Part shown: positions 55,509-64,000 of the stretch, one piece after another | How the letters are laid out: each line of letters starts with the position of its first letter | How positions within the stretch are numbered: the stretch's first letter is position 1 | NCBI GenBank assembly: GCA_051294375.1 | Contig: JBJCIZ010000028.1 | Location: 1,363,576-1,427,575, forward strand | Origin: Paraspadella gotoi | Taxonomy: Eukaryota > Animalia > Chaetognatha | Direction of reading: 5' to 3' | Length of the DNA: 64,000 bases | Notes under the pieces: model-generated | Told to the model about the DNA's origin: nothing | Databases searched by the model: none | What the model saw: only the letters and a program-made list of their open reading frames with translations | Made by a program: the position numbers and the translations under genes

Positions 55509-58093
55509 ATGGGTCAGTTCATGACGACACAGCGCGGCGGCGCCGGCGCCGCTGCCGGCTCCGGCGGCGACGACCTCCCCTGGTGGTTCAAATACGTCGG
55601 TCGGGGATTCGGGATCCTCGGCGGCGTGGTGGCCGTCATCCTCGGCGCCCTCAACTGCATCTCCATCACGGCCAAGTGCATCGTGTCCGGACTCTGGCTC
55701 ATGACGGCCGGACTCGCCGCCCTCGTTCTCGAAGCTCCTTGCTGCTTCGTCTTCTTCGATTTTGGAGACAAATTGGCCAGATGGTCGGAGAGCAGGAAGG
55801 GATGGCACAAGGTCTTGCTTTATATGGGTGAGTTGATGGTCAGAGAGCAGGAAGGGATGGCACAAGGTCTTGCTTGAGATGAGCGAGTTGATGGTCGGAG
55901 AGCAGGAAGGGATGGCACAAGGTCTTGCTTTATATGGGCGAGTTGAAGTTGGGGTAGAGCCGGATTGGGGTCTCTCACTATTTGCATATTCCAGCATATT
56001 CTAGTAATAACAAATTTAGTGAATCCTTAGTTTTTATCGAGAATCCCAACTTTTTGTATAGTTGAATAATTGTGAAACTTAAGGAGAAAGAGAAAGACTT
56101 CTGCTGTTGTTTCTTTGTTTTCATTAAATGCTGGAAAAGTTATTGATTCAGTTGACCAGGCGAGATGTTCAGAACTTAATTATATAATTAAGTTTTGTGG
56201 CGGTAGATTCACACCGCCACACTTCCGACTACATTCAGCCAACCCCAATGGGTCAGAGGAGGAACATGCGTTCTAACCACAGTCCTAACAACTTCCCTCT
56301 GTGTTGGCATAGCGAGACCGTCCTAGGGTAACCGCGCCAGTGACAGGAGGCGTCACTGAGGGTCGGAAGCCCCGAAAGCCAATTGTAAGATGCCCCATCC
56401 CAATGGGCATCACAGGCAATATAGTTTAAAGGTTAAATAGAAAGTGATTTCGCTCACTAGTTATTCTGACAAAAGCTATCACACTAATATACATACAATT
56501 GAAACATTCATTGAAAAATTATACCACTTCATTGATAGGGAAGCCAGGTACTCTGGGAGTGAATAAACGAGACTGTGAGAGAGTCTTGATTAAAAGCTTG
56601 GAGAGACCTGCTGTGATGGAGGCCTTAAACCACCAAAGCCTGTCCAAAGTCAGGGGCAAGATAGCTTATTTATTAAATGAATTGATAATTTTTATATTGG
56701 TTGTACCAATTTCATACATGTGGACATAAACCTGAGGACTTTAAAGAAATTCTACTAATTAAACTCCCTCTCCACCTCTCCACCCCCGACTCAAGTCCTC
56801 TCCATCCCTGCGGTGATTATCTACCAAGGACCCCTCGTCATCGTCGGATCGGCGGCGCTCTTTCTCGCCGGCGTCGCCTACGGACTCACGAGTCTCGGCC
56901 GGAAGGCGTCGCGCGAGGAGATGGCGGAGAAGGCGAGGGAGTTCGATCGCGATCTGGACGGGCTCAAGCTGGTCTTCGCCGAGAAGCGGCCCGCCACGGC
57001 CGATGCTGCACCGGGTAACCAGAAAGAGAAAAGGGATGGCAGAGAATTAATTATTAGTTAAGTTATTCATTCTATCTTTCCGTTTTTTTTTTAATCTCCC
57101 AGGCCTGACCGGCGACGTCGTCCTCGACACGCCGTCCTCCGTCGTATCCACGACCCCCGCGCCGCTCGGAGGCGGCGGAGGCGGCGACGCTGCCCCCGCG
57201 GCGGCCGCCTCGGATCGCGGCGCGGCGGCGTCGGCGTTCCCAGTCCGCGGCTCCGCCTACTCTCCGCTGCAGAACGAACCCAACACTCCGTCGTCGTCCT
57301 CTGCGCCGGTGGTGATGTCGCCCTTCGACTTCGAGTCGCCGGGTCCGTCGCCGGCCAGACCTCCCGGTGAGGAAAGGAGGCTGGGCTCTGCTCTAAAACC
57401 TCATTCTATAGATTTTAATTGTATAGTTATATGTATAGTTATATTGTATAGTTGTAGTTAAATAGAAATTAAAAAATAAATTCTGGAATGTGGAGTTTAA
57501 AAATTCAAAAATCTTCGTAACGAGTTTCAGAGTAAGAATGTCTTGATTCTTCAACAAGGTTAATAACAATAAGAGTCAAAAGTTGTATACTGTATAATGT
57601 ATAGACTTAGCATCTGAGCCTTTTGACTCTTATTGTTAGAGTAAAGTCATTTTTACTCTAAAAGAAAAGTCGAAGATTTTTTATTTTTTTAAATCATTAT
57701 TTCATTTCAATGACAAACTCATCCAAATTCTGGGGCAGGATAGCTTATTTATTTAACGAATGGATAATCTTATATTGGTTGTAATTTTCAAAAAGCAATG
57801 ACCAAAAAAAAAAAAACAAAAACAAAACAAAACAAAAAACCGCAAAACAAGGAGAACCTTTTTTTCTAAATTCTCCTCCAGCGACGACGGCGACGAAAGA
57901 GTTCAAACTGGCCGAACCCAGCGCCTCCTTCAGCTTCACCGCCGACGTGGATCAACCCTTCGCCAACCCGCAGCCGCTGCAACAGCCACAACAGCAGCAG
58001 CAGACGGCGACGCCCCACTTGCCGCCTCCGCCGCAGCAGCACCGGACGCGATCCGGCGTCGGCGCCGCCACGCCCAATCTCATCAACTTTTAA
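55509..58093 (+). CDS. CACFD1: Calcium channel flower homolog; exons approximately 55509-55827, 56795-57013, 57103-57367, 57882-58093
   Basis: PWWFKYVGRGFGILGG..GALNCISI..CIVSGLW..LEAPCCFVFFDF..GWHKVLLY, then AGVAYGLTSLGRKA, typical of Flower, followed by a long Pro/Gln-rich tail. Confidence 0.88.
55780..55945 (+). repeat. Three 55-bp tandem copies of the Flower exon-1 end and its splice donor
   Basis: GATGGTCGGAGAGCAGGAAGGGATGGCACAAGGTCTTGCTT(TATATGG|GTG)AGTT repeated at about 55780, 55835 and 55890. Confidence 0.9.
56196..56423 (+). mobile_element. Solo-LTR-like twister element, subfamily A, in Flower intron 1 (sense orientation)
   Basis: TGTGGCGG...ATA with a small 3' deletion; TSD GTTT/GTTT. 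Confidence 0.85.
56304..56382 (+). ncRNA. Twister ribozyme motif, type P5 permutation (predicted cleavage between 56329 and 56330)
   Basis: UUGGC-aua-GCGA-GA-CCG-uccuaggg-U^AA-CCGC-GC-CAGUGAC/GUCACUG-a-GGG-U-CGG-AAGC-CCC-gaaa-GCCAA. Confidence 0.8.
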
Positions 58094-59168
58094 AAAGCGG
58101 AAAAAAAAAAACTGGGATATTAATGAAAATTTAATTAAATTACTCGTAATTTTTTTTGTTTCGTGATACTACGTATATCTTAAGACGTATTAATGTATGC
58201 TTGTATGCAGAGGGGTTTTTTTTTCCTCTCCCCCCCCCCCGAGTTTTCCAGAAGTCTTTGAGGATTTGACTGACTGAATTTTTACCTATAAAATAATTTG
58301 TCATGACTCATGAGGTATATAGCATTTAGCAAGACTAGACTAGACAAATAACGTTACTTATTTTAAATCTACATTACGTAGACGTAACAATAATTTTACA
58401 TTTACACTTTTTTTTTCTCTACGGTAATTGACTATTGACTAACAAACAATATATTTGTCATTTTTAGCGACTCAACATTCAACAGATTAGATTAATTATA
58501 CTTACTGCAGGATACAAAAGAAGTAACAATTTGCAATATAAAACTAGATAGAATAGTTCAGAATTATTATACGTAGCTTAAATTGATTTTTAAAACGTAT
58601 CTACTTTAATTAAGATACTGTGGACGAAACTTGTTGCGTCCACAATACTAAGGCTACACAATCTGGAAACTCGTTCAGACTTTTTGTCGTCCGTTTTTAA
58701 TTTCAAATTCCAAATTAAACGAAACCTGATAGAAAATATTCAGCCCAATTGGCAAACGGCGATAAGTATTAAGTATTAAGTAATAAGTATGCAGTCGAAC
58801 TCGCATAGAATTCATCGTCGTCCTCATTTTCTTTTTTGGTCCATGTCTTTTATTTTATTGTTATATTCCGTAACAATTCTCCATTTTATTTTAAATTACA
58901 AATTCGCTTTTTTACGTTTCAAAACAAAACTCCATAATCAGAGCGAGACGGAAAAAAAATGACGTAACGAAAAGAGAAATGGAACTTTTGTGTCGGACAA
59001 AACGAGATCGGCTGGAAGGATGAATCAAAAAACGACTCTGTCTCTTCAATTATTATAACGACTGAAGGAAACGGATAAAGAAAAAAAAAAAGAGGCACGC
59101 AGACAAACTTGCTTATATCTAATGTACTGTGTAGACTATAAATATAACCCAAAGATCAAATTGAGACG

Positions 59169-62100
59169 ATGGAGGCGGAGCGACCGCCTTCACACCGCCC
59201 CTCCTCCGCCACCGCCGCTCTTTCCCGCCCCTCTAGCGCCGCCTCCCGCGTCTCCCGCCAGGGGACCTTCACTCGACCCGACGTCGCCTCCGCTGGACTC
59301 GTCGCCATCAAAAGAAGCAACGCCGTCGCGCCCTTAGACGACGACGACGCCGCCGACGCTGAATCTTCGACACCGGTCTCCGCCTTCGAAAACGACGCCT
59401 ACGACGACGATGACGACGACGCCACCGTGATCGAAGACGCCGTCTCCACATTGGCCAAATCTAAATCGGAAGGGTTCTCCACCGACACCTACAAGAAATC
59501 AAAGTCCAACATCCCATCGTCTTCGCAGCAGCAGCGCAGTTTCGTCCAGCGCCTCGTCGAATCGGCCAAGGTGGCGCCGCATCAGCAGCCGACGCGCCCG
59601 TTGCCGAAGTCGGACACCGTCGGCTCCGGCCTCGATCGCGGCGCCGAAGAAGACGACGCCGACGAGGAGACGCCGACTCGTCCCTATCCGGCGCCAACGC
59701 GTTCCATATCCGCCTCGCCCACCTTCGTCGTGGAGAAAGGCGGCCTCGGCGGCGACGTAGTCCTCGATCGAATTTCTTCCTTCCAACCGGTCGTCGACGA
59801 AGACGCCGATGCTACCGTTGACGACTCCGCTGGCGCCAAATCCGCCTCCCTGCCCAACAGCCCGACCCGCCTGCCTCTCGTGCCTTTCACCGACGCGGGC
59901 AACAAACAAATGTATATCCCGCTCACTCTCGCTCGTGATTACATCGGGAAAATGTCGGGAGAGATGAAGGTGCTTAAATCGTCTAAATAGTATTTTATAA
60001 GCTAAATCATTGATAAACCTCATATAATATAAAATAGTAATCCCTAATGCTATAAGATAACTTAAAGGAAAATTGAATCGAATGATATTAGCAACAATCT
60101 GAACTGCTACAATAAGTAAATTAGATTAATATACTTAAATCTGCTTCAGGTGATGAAGGAGAACCATCTCTCCATCGTGCAGCAGATAGAGGAAGCCTAC
60201 AGGAAGATCGAGGATGAAACGCAGAATCAGTTCGTCGTTTACGTGCAGGTGCCTGTGTGTGAATGCGCGCCTGAAAATATTCGTTTGCGTGTGAAAGGGG
60301 TCATTGCACATTGGTGATTCTTGTCACCGGTAGGTCTTGGTTTTTGAAATACAATTTACATTACATTACATTCCCTTACATGGAATCTCGATGTCGACAG
60401 GGACTCAAGCAACACTACGTGACCAAGATCATCAACCTGCGCGGAGTTCTCGACGTCCACAAGAAGGAGATCTTCAAGAAGGAGAGCTATTGGGAGTCGT
60501 CGATCAAGAGTCTTCAAGAAAGGAACAGGCAAGTGGGGGAGGGATATTCTATATTAATTATCTGCAATATGCAAATGAGATTAAATTTTTCCCCCAACAG
60601 AATTTTGATGAAGGAAAAGAACGCGATGTTCCAGCGCTACAAGGAGGAAGTGGAACGACTGGAAAAAGAAAAGAAGGATACAATCAGCGGGTGGAGCGCC
60701 AAGCTCGACTGGCACCAAGCAAAGTACGCCAAGACCAAGCTGGACGCGCGGGAAAAGGAGAAGACGCATCAGGAGAAGGAAAAGCAGCTGGAGATCGAAC
60801 GCGGCCGAGCAGTGGCGGAGGCGGAGGAGTTGACGACCCGATTGGCGGAGGCCGAAGCCGAGTTAAAAAAGACGAGGGATTCGTTAAAGGCTGAAAGGCT
60901 GGAGACAACTCGGCTCAAGACTCTCGCCCACTGGCAGATGACCGCCATGAAAGCCTCCGCCGCCAAAGGCGTTCCCGTCGAAGAGTCTAGTTTGGCGCCG
61001 TCTACTGAGCTCGAGCCGATCTCGTCTCGTGTCGCCGGCTCAGCGCAGCGCGTCGCCGCGGCAGCCGCAGTCGAAGCGGCGCGACCCTCTTCCCCGCGCT
61101 CTTCCTCGCCGGCGCCGGGATCTCCTCGGCCGGACGGCGTCGCCCGGTCTCTCTCTTCCCCTCGGCCTTCGTCGGCGTCGTCTTCTCGACCCGGCTCTCC
61201 GGCGTCTCGCCCATCCAGCGCCCGTGCGGCGTCGGCGCGCGGCGTCGGCGCTGCCCGTCGCAGATCGGGCGTCCCCTCGCGACCGACCGACCTCTCGTCC
61301 CTCGCGATTCATCAGGCTTCCTCCATCTCTATTGCACCGGGACAGACTGACCGACCGATCGAGACGAGCGTGGAGAAGGAGGTCGTCGAAGAATTGATGA
61401 TTAAGATCGAAAGGATCGATTTCGACAAGCAGCAGCTGGAGACGGAAAAGGCGGAGCTGACGCGTCGGCGCGGAGAGCTGCAGGAGGCGCTCGTCGAGGC
61501 GCGGAAAGAGGCCGCCGTCGCGAAGGTGAGGGGAGGAGAGAGAGAGAGAGAGAGAGAGAGAATATTTTTTAAGTAATAGTTAACACCGTATTTTCGCAAA
61601 ATATTTCTTGTTCCATATAATTTAAAAGTATTTTTGAGTAAAGTCTCTCTTTTCGTTGTTTTGAATTAGAAAAAACAGTTTTTATTGGCGAAAACAACGA
61701 TTTTTTATTGACAAATAATTAGACATGTTTCGACTCAGTATTGCGAATCGTCATCAGAGTTTTTGTAACATTTTGTTTGTTTTATGCGTATTTCGTATCA
61801 TCTAATCAATTAATACTTTTTCCTCTTTCGATCTTAGGCTAAATTGGAAGCTATCACCGCGCCCACTTCCGCCGGCCAATCGCTGCGGCCGGCCGGCACC
61901 GAACACAAGGCGTCAATAGATCATTTTCCCGAAGCGTTGAAGTTCTTGCTTGTCTCGGATTTAACGGGTAAAATCACATTCGGTTATTTAATCTCATTTG
62001 CATATAGTAGTATTATTTTAGATTTATTTTATTAGTTGATGAGGAGTAATACTACTGAGTACTATTTTTGGGGGCACTTTGATATGATAATAACATTATA

Positions 62101-63858
62101 ACTAATATCTTAATCATTAATTCCGACCAGGGAATTCCGCTAGGGAGGCTTTAATAAAGGAGGCGAAGAAGCTTGAAGCGGACGTGGAGTCGTTGAAGGA
62201 AGACGTCGGAGAATTCGAGGGGAAAATCCGGGATTGGGAGAAATCCTTTGAAGAGAAGGTTGGCAGAGGAAAACGAAAAGAGTGGCTTAACGCTAAAATC
62301 ATTTTTAAATTATAAGGGGATGTAGAAAAGTTGTTGAAAGTGAGAATCGACGTTGACTTAAATAATTAAACGGAGAATAATTTTGTACGTAAGTTGAAAG
62401 TAAATTAAAAATTATCCAATAAGTGTCCAATGTTTAATTTCATTTCGTCATGATGGCTCTGAGAACGATGAGTGAATGAATAATGTCAAAAGCAACGATT
62501 ATTTAAAGCATGACTCCGTGGAAAGCATGACTCCGTGGAAAGCATGACTCCGTGGAAAATGGTGCCACGGGCAAAGGAGTCAAAGTCGGAAAGCGCTTTC
62601 GTAAATAAATATAAAAATTGTACAATAAACAAAATGTTTTTTTTTCTCAGGAGCACCGCGCCCCCTCTGCTTCCGATCAGCCAGACAGCGTCGCTGATGC
62701 CGCGACGATGCTGCAGGAGACGCGCGGCGTCGTCGCGTCGACGGAAGCCAAGATTCGCTTTTTCATTTCTTTGAGTCGAGGAGAAATTCCGGAGGCGAAG
62801 TCGGAAGCGATGCCATCGGCGGAACAGGTTGGGCAGTTGGCGAAAGATTGGGAGGGATTGTTGAAATAGTTCATTCTTACTTTATGGTTTCCTTTTTGGG
62901 TTCGTATCTTCCTCTTTTTCTTTCCCCTTCTTCCTTTCATTTTGCTTATATATATCTTTAATTTATTTCCACAATTTCTTTATGATTTTCTTTCCTCTTT
63001 TTCTTTCATCTTTCCTCCTCCCTTTTCTTATTTCTTATTTTTCCTCCTATCCTCCATTTTTTCCTCATATCCTCCCTTCATTCTTTAATCTTCTTTTCAA
63101 ATTCTCTGTGCTCCTTTTCCAGTTGGTCGTCCGCACGGTGGAGATCGAAGTGGCCGACCCCAAGTTGGTCGAAGAGTTGGATCAACTCAAGGAGAAGTTG
63201 AGGACGACGGAATCCTTTTTGAACGATTTGGAAATTCAGAATGCGAGTCTGCGGAAGGCGGCGGCTGCGGCTGCGGCTGCGGCGGAAAAGGGAGAACAGG
63301 TCGGTTTTTGCGTCTTTTTTTACTGCGTTTTTCATAAGAATGTTTTTATATTTTAGATAGAAGTTGAAGCACGAAACATTCATTTAAACAATCATTAATA
63401 AAGCTCAGTATTTTTTTATCAAAAATGACAAGTGACAAAAATGACAGTGAATGACAAACAGGAAGATAATATTACAATAAACACACAACGAAAGAAAGGA
63501 TTATACACGACAATTATAACGTATTTGAGATTTGGTTGTGTTTATGTCATAATGATTACTTTAATTTCGTGCGGACAAATTTTGAAGAAGAATTATTTCC
63601 CTTTTTAATTTCATATCTTGTTTTCTACTTATCACTTATCCTTTATGATAATTTGCTCATGGATGATCTCAACTACAATATGCTAATAAGATTGAACGAT
63701 TTTTAAAGCGGCTTGCTTCTTTCTCCTTGCAGAAGCAGTCGTCTTCGGACGAAGAAGAAGACAGAAAAGACGACGACGAATCCGCGGAACTTAAACTCAA
63801 AATGGAAGAGGCGAAGATGGAACTGAGATCAGCAGAGGCGCAACTCAAACAGCTTCAG
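59169..63858 (+). CDS. Uncharacterised large coiled-coil protein, multi-exon, continuing beyond the window
   Basis: GC-rich exons with GT-AG boundaries (59169-59969, 60150-60248, about 60401-60528, 60601-61524, 61838-61967, 62131-62258, 62651-62827, 63123-63299, 63733-63858) encoding an acidic/Ser-rich N-terminus and heptad-rich E/K/L segments. Family not recognised. Confidence 0.75.
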
Positions 63859-64000
63859 GTTTACCTTGTTGAAGGACGTTGACAGGGAGGGCTTGTTGCT
63901 TTCTTGGTAGTCCCCTAATTGTCTTCTGAAGACGCAAGTTTTAAAAACATTGAAATGCACGAAAATCATTCAAAAATAAGTACACTTTTCAAGTAGTCTT

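Noticed and set aside
56341-56382. Hammerhead ribozyme reading of CTGAGGG...GAAA in the LTR-like elements
   Set aside because: There is no CUGANGA core or correctly placed UH site, and the twister model explains all helices with covariation.
62507-62558. 17-bp x3 repeat AAAGCATGACTCCGTGG (and degenerate GATCTTGGCCT repeats at 52643-52800)
   Set aside because: These are ordinary short tandem duplications with no further signal.

Overview
Compact invertebrate-animal genomic DNA with GC-rich exons, AT-rich introns, (CT)n microsatellites and three N-gaps. About ten spliced genes are all on the + strand: the 3' end of a TUBGCP6-like gene, a MANSC-domain membrane protein with tandem truncated MANSC-only copies, MFSD12, AP4M1-like, an AF4/FMR2 (AFF) factor, NECAP, a torsin, TMEM132, Flower/CACFD1 and an unidentified coiled-coil gene. 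Gene names come from recalled family motifs, not a database search. A degenerate DIRS1-type tyrosine-recombinase retrotransposon sits in a torsin intron, with its internal complementary region at the 5' end instead of the usual 3' end. The main finding is five dispersed 210-258 bp solo-LTR-like elements (TGTGG...CCACA/CCATA, 4-bp target-site duplications) carrying a circularly permuted type-P5 twister ribozyme motif. Two subfamilies differ by compensatory changes in P2, P4, P5 and the T1 pseudoknot, and one chimeric copy switches subfamily at the predicted self-cleavage site. This looks like an animal twister-bearing analogue of the plant hammerhead LTR-retrozymes. Ribozyme activity and novelty are untested.
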